Counted from the first letter of the whole stretch, positions 50,405 to 62,571 are shown. The stretch: 62,571 nt of DNA, filler included, from Piptocephalis cylindrospora (GCA_003614145.1; 20 parts of 20 records of this genome joined end to end with filler, not necessarily neighbours in it), one strand, 5' to 3'. Numbers and translations: made by a program. The notes: generated by a model from the sequence alone, not told the origin.

Positions 50405-51973
50405 ATGCCCGTCTTGAGCTCCCAGGCCTGTCTTGCCGACATCTTCCACAGCGTGGAGAGCGGATATTTGGAAGATCAGCAGGTCGACGAGGACAGCGGA
50501 GTGGTCTTTCTCAGCGGTCATGGAGAAGGAGGGGAGGGTTTGGGTGGCATGGACCCATCCGGCCCCTCCTCCTCTTCCTCCTCCACCTCCGCCCCCTCTG
50601 CCGCCTCTGTCCCCTCCTTGAATCAGACTCTTCTGGGCCCATCACACCCCACGCCATCCTTCCCCATCGATCATGGGGCTTACAAGACACCCGGTCAGAG
50701 CTCCCTCTTTAAGGAGGTGTTTATCCCCTCTCCCCTCTCCAACTCCTCAGCCCCTCACCCGTTGATCCACTCGACATCCTCCTCCTCAATCGGCTCTATC
50801 GTCAGTATCCCTCCGCTTTCCTCTACGCCGGATCAGGAGGGCACTCGTTCATGCGTCTCCAACAACGCCCACATTTCCCCCGTGTCGGGGGAACGAGGGT
50901 CTGCAGGACTCTCACCGGAGGGCCCCACATCCAATGTCCCATTCTCCCGGTGTGTCTCCTCGTCCCATGATGCAGGTGAGGAGGAGCGGAGAAGAGGTCA
51001 GATTAGCACGATGGAAGAGGATCTGGACCAGACCCCTGAACTCTCCTCCTCCTCCCTTCTCTCACCCTCCTCCCCCTTCTCCCCCAACCTGGCATCTCCC
51101 ACCTTAAACATCACCCCACTTCCCTCACTTGACCCGACCCACGGGGCCAAGAGGGAAAGGGAGGAGGGAGGAGAGGATAGAGAGGCATCCCCGAGAAGGG
51201 GGGATGATACCGCAATGACCATGACCACCGATGAGGAGGACCGTTCGGGCCAAGCCTCCTCCATCCTACCCCTTGGCGCAAGAAAACAGCAGCATGGGGG
51301 GAGGAGAAGGCTTGGAGCAGGGACTCATCCCCTCCACTCCCCCATCCCCTCGGCCAAGGGGGTCCAGCCCCCCGAACCCATCCCAAGGGCCCTGACCTTC
51401 CTTAGAACTCCTCCCACAGCCAGGTCCCTGGGATCCCTATTTCCCGGGTCGAAATTTTTCGGGGAACAACGTAGTGGTCACTCCTCCTACCATGTCACCG
51501 TTGATATCCTCACCGTCGATCTGGACACCTCCTTTCTCTCCGGATATTTGTGCATCGATGGTCTCACCGACGATTACCCCCAATTAAAAACTTTCTTCGA
51601 GGCCGAGATCATCGGCCCCAAGCATAGCTTCCTCACCCGTAAGTGGGAGGCAAACGAATCTACAGACCGGGAGCACTGGAATCTTTTCCCCCCCTTCCTC
51701 GGTCTGGACCAGTCCTTCAACGACGATTCCTTTCACTATGACCCCCTCTCGGAGGACTATGTGTTTATGCGGTGGAAGGAGCACTTTCTCGTCCCTAACC
51801 ACCGTGTCCAAAATGTCAACGGAGCCTCCTACGCTGGCTTCTACTACATCTGCTTCCATCGCTCCACCTCCACCATCCGTGGCTTTTATTATCATATCAG
51901 CTCAGAGAAGCATCAAAAGCTTCTTCTTGGCCATGTCCCTGCTCGCTCCTTTAGCTCCTTTTCGCAACGGTAG
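50405..51973 (+). CDS. VID24: Vid24/Gid4 (GID E3 ligase N-recognin)
   Basis: LFPGSKFFGEQRS, GYLCIDGLT, TFFEAEIIG, FMRWKEHFL, GASYAGFYYI and GFYYH. Confidence 0.92.
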   Translation: MPVLSSQACLADIFHSVESGYLEDQQVDEDSGVVFLSGHGEGGEGLGGMDPSGPSSSSSSTSAPSAASVPSLNQTLLGPSHPTPSFPIDHGAYKTPGQSSLFKEVFIPSPLSNSSAPHPLIHSTSSSSIGSIVSIPPLSSTPDQEGTRSCVSNNAHISPVSGERGSAGLSPEGPTSNVPFSRCVSSSHDAGEEERRRGQISTMEEDLDQTPELSSSSLLSPSSPFSPNLASPTLNITPLPSLDPTHGAKREREEGGEDREASPRRGDDTAMTMTTDEEDRSGQASSILPLGARKQQHGGRRRLGAGTHPLHSPIPSAKGVQPPEPIPRALTFLRTPPTARSLGSLFPGSKFFGEQRSGHSSYHVTVDILTVDLDTSFLSGYLCIDGLTDDYPQLKTFFEAEIIGPKHSFLTRKWEANESTDREHWNLFPPFLGLDQSFNDDSFHYDPLSEDYVFMRWKEHFLVPNHRVQNVNGASYAGFYYICFHRSTSTIRGFYYHISSEKHQKLLLGHVPARSFSSFSQR

Positions 51974-52980
51974 ACCGACAGGGACGGGAGCCAGGATCCA
52001 TGCGACTTTAGAGTGGACATATTGCTGGATGTCACGATCCAATGTGGGTACAGGGATCGAGGGGAAGTCTGTGTGTGTGTGTGTGTGTAAGAAGAGAATA
52101 TCCATGATAGTACGTGTTTACTCTACTTTGAGTCATTTTATCTCTCTAGTTTGCTTTGATGAGAGTACACACCAGGATGGGTATGGGGTCTACTTGCACA
52201 GACGATGATAGTATTCTTTTTATGGATCCATCCTGGGATTGACCTTCCATTTCTATACCTCTTCATCCACATTTCAGTGGGGACGAGAGATTGATAGTTC
52301 AAATGCCTAAGAGTGAATGCTAAATGATTTTATTGACCGGTGCACGCATAACCTTTTTTCCTCTCTTGGGCGGAATGGGCCTGGTGTTATCGAGAAATAT
52401 CCAGCAAGAAGCGTGGCATTATACTGCCGGATTTCCCATCCATCCCCTGACTCCGATCCCCTCCTCCATGTTCCTGCCTACACTCCTTGCTCTCCTGGAC
52501 ATGTATGGGAAAGTGACCTTGAAGAGCCGTTTCTCTTGAAGGTCCATTTGCAAATCAGCCTCCGATCCATCATTCCCACACACATCCTCACACTACAAGA
52601 GGACTCCCATAGTCTAGGGGGAGGAGGCAAGAGGAGGAGGAGGAGGAGGAGGAGGAGGAAAAGGGTCCAGTGAGTGCGCTGTGCTGTGCTCACCCACCCT
52701 CGCCATCACACCTTCCTTTCCTGTTCACTCTCCTCAGCCCAACCCTCGCTTGTCCATTCATTCTGGTGTGACTGACTGTAGTATGCGGTTTCAAGGCTGG
52801 AGGAGCTGGGCTGGGTTGGGCTGGGCTGAGCGGTATGTATGTGTCTCCGGCCCTGCCCCGCCTTTTCTCTCCCCCCCCACCTCCCTCTTTTTCCCTCACG
52901 CGCGCTCCTGTTGCAATATCCAACCACCCCTATCCATACTTTGCCATACCCAGCTCACCAATCCCTAAACTCCTCTTCAG

Positions 52981-52983
<3 letters not shown>

Positions 52984-53034
<51 letters not shown>
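52984..53034. repeat. (CA)n microsatellite
   Basis: Seen directly in the sequence. Confidence 0.95.
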
Positions 53035-53040
<6 letters not shown>

Positions 53041-53323
53041 CCTCACTCACTTACTCCCTCTCCCTCCCCCCATCCTTCTCTCCCCATCAATCACACTCAC
53101 AGAGCACACGGCAGCCTTCCCTTGGCTCTCAACCCTCCCCCCCTCCCTCACTCCCCCTCCTCCACCCCCCTCCCCCCCGTCTTGTGGTAAAAATGACCCC
53201 CCGCTTATGTCTGGGCCAATGAANNNNNNNNNNNNNNNNNNNNNNNNNNNNNNNNNNNNNNNNNNNNTTAATTAATTAANNNNNNNNNNNNNNNNNNNNN
53301 NNNNNNNNNNNNNNNNNNNNNNN

Positions 53324-54778
53324 CGATGAATGTTAAGCTGAGTAACATTCCAATTACGAGCCTCACCCCGGATGACCTCATCAGCCCACTTCACATAAAA
53401 TCATTTAAGATTATGGAAGAGTTCAGCAGGTTCCTTCCACTTCCACATCTTGAACTGCCAAGCTTGACCCGTGACTAGAGCAGCCACAACGTTATTCCAC
53501 TCCCGGGAGGTGAGGTGATCGGCCCGATCAATGACGCGGAACCGGTGAGTCTTTCCATCCCCGCTCACATGCGTCACAGTAACCTGAGTGGGCTTTTCCT
53601 TGGATTCTTCCCTCATCTTATTCGCATCCACGAACCTGAGGATCAGGGGAAGTGTGTGAGCGAGAGAATATGAATGAGGAATAAAGCAAAGAAAGGGACG
53701 CATACATGGGTGGACGTGGAGGGGAGGAATCATCATCGCCTTGAAGAAACTCTTTGACATTGTAAATGTTGATGAGAGAGGTGGCAGCCGCTGGGACCAG
53801 GATGATGGGGTCGCCTATTCACACCAAGGATTAAAATGGTTAGGTAATGAATATGGAAAACAATCCCTTCCGAAAGAAGAAAACCTCACTTTGAGAGGTA
53901 GTGTTGGCCCTTGAAGAGGAAGGTGATCTCGATGAATGAGTGGATGAGGAGGAGGAGGAGGAGGGCTTGGCCGGAGCCTTTCCATTCGTCTTGAGCTTCT
54001 CCCTTTGTTTAACTTCCTGCCTCACTCGATCCCTTTGCATGCGCAGGGCTTCCATGGCACGCTTTCGGATATGACCAAAGGACTAGAGAGGAAACTAAGT
54101 AAAATATACTTACCTCAACCGACTTATCGATTCACCTACCTTATTACATCCGAGGTACGACTCACGGGACCGAACGGGGAAGAAGCGACTAGTAACGGCA
54201 GAAATCAGGGCAATGTCGGTTAACATGGCCGTGGAGGTAGATGAGGCAGAAGTTATAACATGGGAAGCAGATGAATCGGCCATAGATGCAGCAGTATCCG
54301 GCTGAGTGGAGCCCTTGGCCATGACCTCCATTGAATCCACACCCATTCTTTCTCCAGCCGATGGTCTAGAGTGAGCGATGCCGGTCCCGGAGACGGCGGT
54401 TCCATCCACGGTTGGTCCTGTCCCAACAGGCTTTTCCTGCAATAAGGAGAGGATCCGACGAAAATCCATGACCTGGACAGAGGCCATGTTGGCCTTAAAA
54501 CACTGAAGGGCATACTCTCGAAAGGCCGCTTGAGCCTGATCCCGATGGGTCCAGAAGAAAGTGATGGCATCCAGGGGATACGCCTCTGCTCCGGTTTGGC
54601 CGCCACGAGTCAGAGAGGGGAGTGGGGTCTTTGCCGGGAAGGTGTAGTGACCAATGGCCAGAAAAGCCGCTTGCTCTGGAGCTACCTCACTCTGCCCATC
54701 GGGGCCCAAGTAGCGTAAGCTGACACCTTCGGTGATGTGCTGTCGAAGCAGGGTAAGGGGATCAGGTGAGTGGGGCAT
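53324..54778 (-). CDS. CDC73: Cdc73/parafibromin (PAF1 complex), 4 exons, in-frame TGA at 53401-53403, 3'-truncated
   Basis: DPLTLLRQ N-terminus, PIILVPAAATSLINIYNVKEFL and WNNVVAALVTGQAWQFKMWKW. Confidence 0.9.
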
Positions 54779-55242
54779 AGTGAGAGGGGTGGAGTAGAGG
54801 GGGATGTTCTTGTTGTGGAGACAGGAAAGTGGTGGTAGTCTTTGAGAGAAGGCCTTGCAATTCTCAGTGATTAATGGCACAGGCTAGACAGCTTGAGAGC
54901 GACAGCTGAGTCTGGGAGAGTGGCGCTCCTACACGGCCGACTGTGGATGATTACCGGTAATACTCATGGGGTGATGATCGATTGAACCTGCAATCTTCCT
55001 ATTCTTATCAGAATTAAGATGATGACCGATTACTGCAACGATCTTCATAGGATGATACATATACATGACATGGCTTGGCAGACAATTTGACATGAACCAT
55101 GCATCCATGATTAGAAGGACCATGAAACACGCCTCTCATTAACCACGCCAAATCTACTAGTACATAGAGTATCCCACCTAGCCAGCTGTCATCGTCCTCT
55201 CTCGGGCGATAAACCCCCTGGTCTGATCAAAAGACCTTCCCA

Positions 55243-56344
55243 TTAAGCCGGTGGAAGAAAGTGGGCAAAAAGGACAATGCCAACCACATTGTACAGAGGA
55301 AAGTAGTGAAGGATGGCCCAACCTCCAAGATGACGATGGGGGCCTTGGAGATGAGCGAGGACGCAGGAAGAGGCAAAGAGGTAGAGGGCTGGCTGACTGG
55401 TAAGGAAGCGGAGTATGACTTGAACGTGCATAGTGATGAGAGCATAGGTGACCTGTACGAACCATAGGATCACATAGGGGAGAAGAGTCTTGGAGGAAGC
55501 GTACGCGACATGGGGTTCATCACCTGTACCAGAAGCATCTGTGCGCCCCTTGTTATGAGTCGCGTCGGGGAAGAGGCCAAGGGTGATGAGACGTCTGGAC
55601 GGTTGGGCCTTGGCATAGACCCAGACTCCGGCTCCGGTGAGGAGGATAAAGGGAGAAGCAAGGAGAAAGTTGGGGAGCTGCCTGAGGGTATAATAACGAA
55701 AGGGGCCACAATTCCAGTAGTGATCCTGAACAAAAGAGTAGATCATGGGCAGGGTCCCAGTAGTGCACCAAGATCGATTCTCCATAGGATTCGGCGAGGA
55801 ACAGTACCTAAAATGGCCATACATCTGAATGGCCACAAAGGGCCCAAAGACAATGAGGGCTCGGAGGAGAAGGAGACCAGAGGAGATGATTAATTGTACC
55901 CACGCTCCAAAAGAAGAAAAGGAAGACGGGGTAGAGCAAAAGTGACGGATGACTCTTCTGGCCAACTCATATAGGAAAAATCCAGCATGAAGGATGCCAT
56001 TGCTGCGAAGGGTCGTGGTCAAGGACCAAGTTAAGGCTGCAAGAGTCCCATATCCCTCGGCGTGTAATAACATACCAGAGAATGAGAGGAGAGCAAAAGG
56101 ACTTTCGGTGTAGGGAGCGGATAAAAAGGCCGCGCTCGGGGTTAGGGCGAAGAGGAAGGCGGCGACGCGGGCCAGCTGGTCCGACCTAGTTAAGCGACGA
56201 CCTAAAAGGTACAGGGCGACCGAGGCCAAGACAGCGGAGACATTGGCGATGCACGCACCTGCCAGGAGAAGGAGGATAGTGGGGCTCACCAGACCCTGTA
56301 GCGGGGCCAGCAGGGTAGATGCAACAAGGCGCATGGCCAGGGGT
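55243..56344 (-). CDS. GPI18: GPI mannosyltransferase 2 (PIG-V), 5'-truncated
   Basis: FLSAPYTESPFA, RSNG, YSFVQDHYWNCG, QLPNFLLASP, HVQVILR and terminal FLPPA. Confidence 0.95.
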
Positions 56345-56444
56345 NNNNNNNNNNNNNNNNNNNNNNNNNNNNNNNNNNNNNNNNNNNNTTAATTAATTAA
56401 NNNNNNNNNNNNNNNNNNNNNNNNNNNNNNNNNNNNNNNNNNNN

Positions 56445-58571
56445 AAAAAACAATTTTCCTCAGTCATTGAGGACCTCCATACCTACATTAACCCCAAGAC
56501 CGGGAACGCCGCTTCAATGATTTCCAAGACGACCTATGACATTGTTCAGGCCAATGCGGACCGATTGAACTCGGCCATCATCTACGACCGTGATTTCAAC
56601 TACAATTTCTTTGGCTTCAAGACCCTCGAGCGCTCCTATCTCCTTCGGATTGACGGTAAGGTCGCCGAGCGTCCCCAGCAGATGCTGATGCGTGTGGCTA
56701 TCGGCATCCACGGGGAGAACATTGACGCTGCCATCGAGTCCTATCACCTCATGTCCGAGAAGTACTTTACGCACGCCTCCCCCACTTTATTTAACGCTGG
56801 GACCCCCAGACCCCAGCTCTCTTCTTGTTTCCTTCTCACCATGCGTGAGGACTCCATCGAGGGTATCTACGACACCCTCAAGACCTGCGCCATGATCTCC
56901 AAAACTGCTGGTGGTATTGGCCTCAATGCTCACTGCATCCGGGCTTCGGGTTCTTACATTGCCGGGACCAATGGGTATTCCAATGGTCTAGTTCCCATGC
57001 TTCGTGTCTTCAACAACACTGCCAGGTATGTGGACCAGGGTGGAAATAAGCGTCCAGGCGCCTTTGCCATCTACCTCGAGCCCTGGCACGCCGACATCTT
57101 CTCCTTCCTTGATCTCCGTAAGAACCACGGGAAGGAGGAGTCCCGAGCACGCGATCTGTTTTACGCCCTCTGGGTTCCGGATCTTTTCATGAAGCGCGTC
57201 GAGTCCAATGGGGACTGGTCCCTCTTCTGCCCTGCTGAGGCCCCGGGCCTCCATGAGGTGTGGGGCGATGAATTTGAGGCTTTGTATGCCAAGTACGAAG
57301 CTGAAGGTCGGGCCCGTCAGACAATGAAGGCGCAAAAGCTCTGGGCTGCCATCATTGATGCCCAGACCGAGACAGGGAACCCCTTCATGCTTTATAAGGA
57401 TGCGTGCAATCGAAAGTCCAATCAGAAACATCTCGGTACCATCAAGGGTAGTAACTTGTGTACTGAAATTGTCGAGTACACCTCCCCAGATGAGGTCGCT
57501 GTCTGTAACCTGGCCTCCCTTGCCCTCCCCGCCTTTGTGGTCAACAAGGATACTTACGACTTCCAGAAGTTGCATGATGTCACCAAGGTCGTCGTTCGTG
57601 GCCTGAATAAGATCATTGATACCAACTTCTACCCAGTTATTGAGGCCAAGCGCTCCAATATGCGCCACCGTCCCATTGGTGTTGGAGTTCAAGGCCTGGC
57701 GGACACTCTTATCCTCCTTCGTGAGCCTTTTGACTCGCCCCGCGGCCGTCGCATGAACCGTCAGATCTTTGAGACCATCTATCATGCGGCTCTTGAGGCT
57801 TCCTGTGAGCTAGCCCAAGAGGAAGGACCACATGAAAGTTACCCTGGATCCCCACTTTCCCAAGGCATCCTGCAATTTGACATGTGGGCCCAAGAGGCGG
57901 AAGATGGGAAGGATTTAACATCCGATCTCTGGGACTGGAAGGAACTCCGAGAAAAGTTAGCTAAGCATGGTGCTCGTAACTCCCTTCTCTTGGCCCCTAT
58001 GCCCACTGCCTCCACCTCTCAAATTCTCGGGTACAACGAGTGCTTTGAGCCCTACACCAGCAATATTTACACTCGTCGCGTCCTTGCTGGTGAGTTTCAG
58101 GTCGTGAACCCCTGGTTGCTCCGTGACCTTGTGGATATGGGCCTCTGGGATGACTCGATGAAGAATCGCATCATCGCCAATAGTGGTAGCGTTCAGAATA
58201 TCCCCTCCATCCCCACCCACATCAAGGAAATCTACCGGACTACCTGGGAGATCTCCCAAAAGTCCATCATCGACATGGCCGCCGACCGGGGTGCCTTTAT
58301 CGATCAATCCCAGTCTCTGAACATCTTCATCGCCGAGCCCACCTATGGCCGCTTGACCTCCATGCACTTTTATGGCTGGAAGAAGGGCCTCAAGACCGGC
58401 ATGTACTACCTTCGTACTAGGCCTGCTGCCGATGCTATCCAGTTCACCGTAGACCAGCGAGCCCTGGGTGAGGCTACAGCTGATGATAAGTCGGTTGATG
58501 AGGTGACCGAAGAGATGAAATTGGCATGCTCTATTGATAACAAGGACGCATGTACCATGTGCAGTGGGTAG
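56445..58571 (+). CDS. RNR1: Ribonucleotide reductase large subunit (class Ia), 5'-truncated
   Basis: [39 protein letters not shown] and C-terminal CxxC (CTMCSG). Confidence 0.98.
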   Translation, partial: KKQFSSVIEDLHTYINPKTGNAASMISKTTYDIVQANADRLNSAIIYDRDFNYNFFGFKTLERSYLLRIDGKVAERPQQMLMRVAIGIHGENIDAAIESYHLMSEKYFTHASPTLFNAGTPRPQLSSCFLLTMREDSIEGIYDTLKTCAMISKTAGGIGLNAHCIRASGSYIAGTNGYSNGLVPMLRVFNNTARYVDQGGNKRPGAFAIYLEPWHADIFSFLDLRKNHGKEESRARDLFYALWVPDLFMKRVESNGDWSLFCPAEAPGLHEVWGDEFEALYAKYEAEGRARQTMKAQKLWAAIIDAQTETGNPFMLYKDACNRKSNQKHLGTIKGSNLCTEIVEYTSPDEVAVCNLASLALPAFVVNKDTYDFQKLHDVTKVVVRGLNKIIDTNFYPVIEAKRSNMRHRPIGVGVQGLADTLILLREPFDSPRGRRMNRQIFETIYHAALEASCELAQEEGPHESYPGSPLSQGILQFDMWAQEAEDGKDLTSDLWDWKELREKLAKHGARNSLLLAPMPTASTSQILGYNECFEPYTSNIYTRRVLAGEFQVVNPWLLRDLVDMGLWDDSMKNRIIANSGSVQNIPSIPTHIKEIYRTTWEISQKSIIDMAADRGAFIDQSQSLNIFIAEPTYGRLTSMHFYGWKKGLKTGMYYLRTRPAADAIQFTVDQRALGEATADDKSVDEVTEEMKLACSIDNKDACTMCSG

Positions 58572-58770
58572 AGATTGGACGGAGGATCTTGCGAGAGGAA
58601 GAGAAAGAATAAGGTAGGGAGAAGAGGGAAGAGTAGTTGTTGCACCCAATACACATTGCCCATGTCTAGTGTAATCATCGTCGTTTTGACCTTCACCCTT
58701 TTTTCGTTTGTATTATTACCATTTGGTTCATACCTCACTTTCCCTTGATCTCCTTTCACCACCCCGTCAA

Positions 58771-59458
58771 TCACACATTTGCCTCGGGATGCAAGGACCT
58801 CCAGGCTGTGGAGGCTGGAGGCGTGGTGAGTAAAGAGCTGAGGACCGCATCATCATCCTCCTCTTCCCTGAGAGTGTATGGCATGGCACGGACCCCGGGC
58901 CCGGCAATATCCACTTGCCACGACGGGAACCCTTGCTCCTCCAGGGCCTTATGCATAGCTGCTTCGGTAGAAGAGGCGTCCTTGTCGTGGGAGGGGGGGA
59001 GGAGAGTGAGGGAACATCCACCACCCCCGGCCCCCGTTAGCTTAGAATGACACCCAAAGGATGTGGTCAGGGCGACGATGCGATCGAGGGCCGGGTGCCC
59101 AGTGCCCAGGGCATTCAGAAGTGCCTGGTTCATATCAATTAGCTTCTGCTCGGAAGAGAGGGAGGAAGATGGTTAAAAATGAGATTAAAAGATCTCTGAG
59201 CCAAGGAACTCACCTCAAGACAAGCATGGAACTCTTCGGGTGAAGTGGTGGACGCCCTCTCACATCGCTGGCTAATGGCGTGGATGGCGTCGAGGATGGG
59301 ATGAATGATTGCAGGATACTCCTCAGTCAAAGATCGTACGTGCTCCACAAGACGGCGTGTATCCCGAGGCACACGGGTGTGAGTAAGGAGAAAGGAGAGG
59401 TGATGAAAGGGGGGCAGGGGGACGGGAGCAGATCCACGAGTGAAGCTGACGGCCCCAC
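58771..59458 (-). CDS. ERG12: Mevalonate kinase C-terminal part (intron 59146-59213)
   Basis: LLLTHTRVPRDT, LIDMNQALLNALGTGHPAL and SKLTGAGGGGC. Confidence 0.9.
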
Positions 59459-59558
59459 NNNNNNNNNNNNNNNNNNNNNNNNNNNNNNNNNNNNNNNNNN
59501 NNTTAATTAATTAANNNNNNNNNNNNNNNNNNNNNNNNNNNNNNNNNNNNNNNNNNNN

Positions 59559-59930
59559 GTTAATCCAGTGCCCCAGTGGTTCTTTGTGCCTTTGGAAGAT
59601 GGAAGGAGGCGGAGCGCGAGAACCGTACAGTATTCTTCGACCAAGGACCTACCCTTGCTCCCACCAAGCCGTGCCCAGGCCCGGTAGAGCCAATATGAAA
59701 AAGACTTGGGCCACCGGGTGGCGGTGGTTGGGTCAATGGTGAGAACGTGGGGATGTGAGTCGCCCAAGGCAGTGGCCAGGGCGTAGGCCTTCCGTCGACC
59801 CGGTCTATCCCCCTGGCCCACCAAGATCCACGCACTGGCCTTGCTGGGTGGGTCGGCCTTCCTAGACCATGCTCGTCGCCCCTGGATGATGGACCCAAGA
59901 CCTCTGTGGGCAAGGTGACCGAGAGTGGGA
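59559..59930 (-). CDS. Probable N-terminal segment of the ELM1-like gene, inverted
   Basis: Presequence-like Arg-rich stretch, then AWILVGQGDRPGRRKAYALATALG, which resembles the ELM1 N-terminal motif. Confidence 0.5.
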
Positions 59931-61294
59931 TGCGGACGATGGAGCAAAGATGCTTCTTGGACGAGTATGTATCTCTTCATCTGCTCATAGGCTACTCTCT
60001 TATCCTCATCCTCATTAGTCGCTACCCAATATCCTGATCTTCCATTTGCTTACTTTGATTCGGTCATCCTTCCTAGGCATGATCTAAGGAAGCTGGGTAA
60101 GTAGTTTCTGCTTCATCGAGGCGTCTACTGTACGTCATCCTCCCCTGACTCCTTTTTCTTTTTTTCCATTGCCCTCTCTAGCCAAGCTGGGTCCTGTCGC
60201 CTCTCAGCAAAAGAACATGATCTTGACCAAGGTATGTACAATATCTCGGAAGATATTTTTTATAAGCTCATATCCAGCCTTCTTTCCAGGGTGCCCTTCA
60301 TGGCGTCAGTAAAAGCTCTTTGCAAATTCCCAACACCTCCACCACTGCCATTCCCCCGGCCATGCTTCATCGTCTATCCAAGGGGATCGGATCGAGAGAA
60401 GTGTTTGCCCTTTTCATTGGCCATCCCACCTCTCAGTGTCCTTGGTCCCTTCATGATGCTGAGATTCTTGCCAAAGAGATGCTCGTAAGTCTCCGCCACG
60501 CTGATCTCTTTCCTCTAGCCCATCTTTTCTAACTCGCCCGCTTCCTATCATAGAGTCTCTCAAAAGTTTGGGGACATTATTTACTAGTGGAGTTTTCTCA
60601 AAAAACTCCTGCTCTGGTCAGTGCCTTGGGATGATGGATGAAACACTTTTCCTTACCCCACATGCTTACCCTGTTTACATGCATCTCTTACTCGGTAGTG
60701 GAAGAAAGGGATTCTAAAGACCCTAGCAAGGTATCTCTACATCCATCTCTTCTCTCACCTCCGCACTAACTTACTTCTCTCGCTTCCTTCAGCGAGCCCA
60801 CCATCCAAAAGAGAGTTTGGGCTTGGGATGGTCAAGGAAATGACCCTCATATGGAAATACTTTCCTTAGCTGATCGTTTTGTCATTACTGCCGATGACCC
60901 CATCACCGTATCCGAGGCTCTCACCACCGAGTAAGCTTCATCTGGGCCTCTCTTCTCCTCCCCCTACTTTCCTATTTATCTCATCCCTCCCTACCCTAGG
61001 AAACCTGTCTACGTCCACGCTCCAGAACGATGTGTCAATGGACCCTTAAAGGACTTTCATCGTATTCTCCGCACCTCAGGTCACACCCGTCGATTCCGTC
61101 TGGTTCATGCTTTAGACCGGGAAAGTGTCTCGGACCCCTACGCTGGTATTGGCACTTGGCCTGCATGGGCCCCCTTCCTGCCATCAGGTCAGGGCTCGGA
61201 GGTTTCCATGGTCGCTACAAGAATTCATCAAATGCAGGCAGATAGACAGATGGAGCATAAGAGGAGGATACGCGAGGCCAAATCTACCTCATAA
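59925..61294 (+). CDS. ELM1 (mitochondrial fission ELM1 family)-like protein, multi-exon central and C-terminal part
   Basis: Spliced reading ATQYPDLPFAYFDSVILPRHD ... WAWDGQGNDPHMEILSLADRFVITADDPITVSEALT-KPVYVHAPERC...DFHRIL, matching the family pattern NP..LA.AD..V.T.DS.SM.SEA..GKPVY. Confidence 0.72.
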
Positions 61295-61399
61295 TCCATT
61301 TCATCCCAGCCACACGCCTTTATCTATCCATCATTCATCTAGATCCATGATAGGGGCAAAGACATATCTTTTATCCCCAACCCTATCCATCATCCCCGA

Positions 61400-62334
61400 T
61401 CACTCCATATCGGGATTCAGATCCAGATCAAAAGGATCTACCTCATCATCATCATCCCCGCCTCCTCCATGCCCATGGCCCGTGCCTGACTCACCCTCCA
61501 CCCCCTCTCCCTCTCCATCTTCTCCATCCATCCCATCCTGGTCCTTCTCTCCATCTATCCCCGTTAATCAGGCGGTTAGCACAAGTAAATAGCAATACAT
61601 ACTCCTTTGCGTCTCTTCTTACCCATGCTCTCCTCCACCCCATCCAGGGTTCCGCGCATCCATCCACTCTTCATCTGTTGCTCACTTGGAAATGGCGGCC
61701 GAACAATCGTTCCTGCCGCCGTTGGTGCCTGGGGATCATACCCAGGGGGTGCCGAAGTGAAGTTGGCCAATCGACGCCCATACTCCAATAGATCATCCAT
61801 GTCCACCGCTAAAACCCAGATCGTCAATGTGTCAGCTTCAGTGAGTATGCTTTGAATCCACCTGCCCAACTTACGTCGTGTCTCGGAGGAATCCGTCGAC
61901 TTCTCCGCATCCTCCAGGATCCTAATTACCTCGCCTTGCGCATCATAGATGTGCCGAGCCAAGGATGCCATGGCCGTCTCGCACCGGTCAATATCATCAT
62001 CCACCGCCTCTAATTTCCTTTGCCACTTTTGGTGCTCTTCAACTATACCAGGACATAATCCCCATGGTCGTCCGTAAACCTTGATTGTTAGTAACGAGAA
62101 GAGGGATGAGAGGCCCCCCTCTCATTCGCACTCACTCCTATCGGCCGCTCGCTGAAGTCGCCCATCCAACGCAACAAGCTCCTGGGCAATATCGGTGGGT
62201 GCGACGGGTAGCACTCTTTTCTTCGTCGACACGTCGGTCCTTTCATCCGTCAGATCCTCAAACGCTGAAAGTAACTGTCGAGTCAAGGTGGAGTGTTCAT
62301 CCAGCTCACGAGAAAGTTCTGTCAGGGAAGCCAT
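61400..62334 (-). CDS. MED4: Mediator subunit Med4, 3 exons
   Basis: VDMDDLLEYGRRLANFTSAPPG, PPFPSEQQMKSG and terminal FDLDLNPDME*. Confidence 0.88.
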
Positions 62335-62499
62335 TGAGGCGGAAATTGAAGAGGAAGGGAGGCAATGTTTATTGCAACTCCCTCAACCAAGCTCCCATAT
62401 CCTCTATCAGCACCATTCGATGGACAAAGAGTGTGGGCACTGTTGTTGAACCATGTTTATAAGTATATTAAATAAATCTCCTGAAATCAGAAAGACGTA

Positions 62500-62570
62500 G
62501 CGTTGGTGGTTTAGTGGTATAATTACCGCCTGCCACGCGGTAGACCGGGGTTCGATTCCCCGCCAACGCA
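62500..62570 (+). tRNA. tRNA-Gly(GCC)
   Basis: GCGTTGG/CCAACGC acceptor, ACCGC-CTGCCAC-GCGGT anticodon arm and GGTTCGATTCC T loop. Confidence 0.96.
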
Positions 62571-62571
62571 G

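Noticed and set aside
56988..58649. Long antisense ORFs over RNR1 (similar ones over RPT4, FKBP12 and ARS2)
   Set aside because: Codon-bias shadows of well-supported sense genes.
3080..59558. Regularly spaced TTAATTAATTAA within N-runs, resembling an array
   Set aside because: Synthetic contig linker, so no gene clusters can be inferred across it.

Overview
This window is eukaryotic (fungal) DNA, not prokaryotic. It joins 20 unrelated contigs of about 2.9-3.1 kb, mostly in descending size order, with an artificial 100-nt linker (N44-TTAATTAATTAA-N44), so adjacency across linkers has no biological meaning. Genes have short (~60-110 nt) GT-AG introns and CT-rich leaders. The gene set suggests an early-diverging fungus. 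The many fold-back inversions suggest a whole-genome-amplified (MDA/single-cell) assembly; a Zoopagomycota mycoparasite such as Piptocephalis is my guess, not shown. Recognisable genes, often partial: a Zn-cluster TF fragment, RPT4, two aquaglyceroporin halves, a FAR-17a/AIG1-like protein, FKBP12, a CUE-AlkB-GRF dioxygenase, DUG2, two paralogous non-RD kinases, a subtilisin, a G/Q/N-rich prion-like protein, GVP36, ARS2, NSP1, an S1/P1 nuclease, DDI1, VID24/GID4, CDC73, GPI18, RNR1, ERG12, an ELM1-like protein, MED4, an intron-containing tRNA-Tyr and tRNA-Gly. The most noteworthy items are a plant/bacterial-type ELM1 family gene split across both strands, an in-frame TGA in CDC73, a kinase pair with identical internal tracts and an unknown C-terminal domain, small secreted effector-like peptides, and two periodic low-complexity proteins. 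The dramatic palindromes are most likely artifacts. I found no convincing new multi-gene system.
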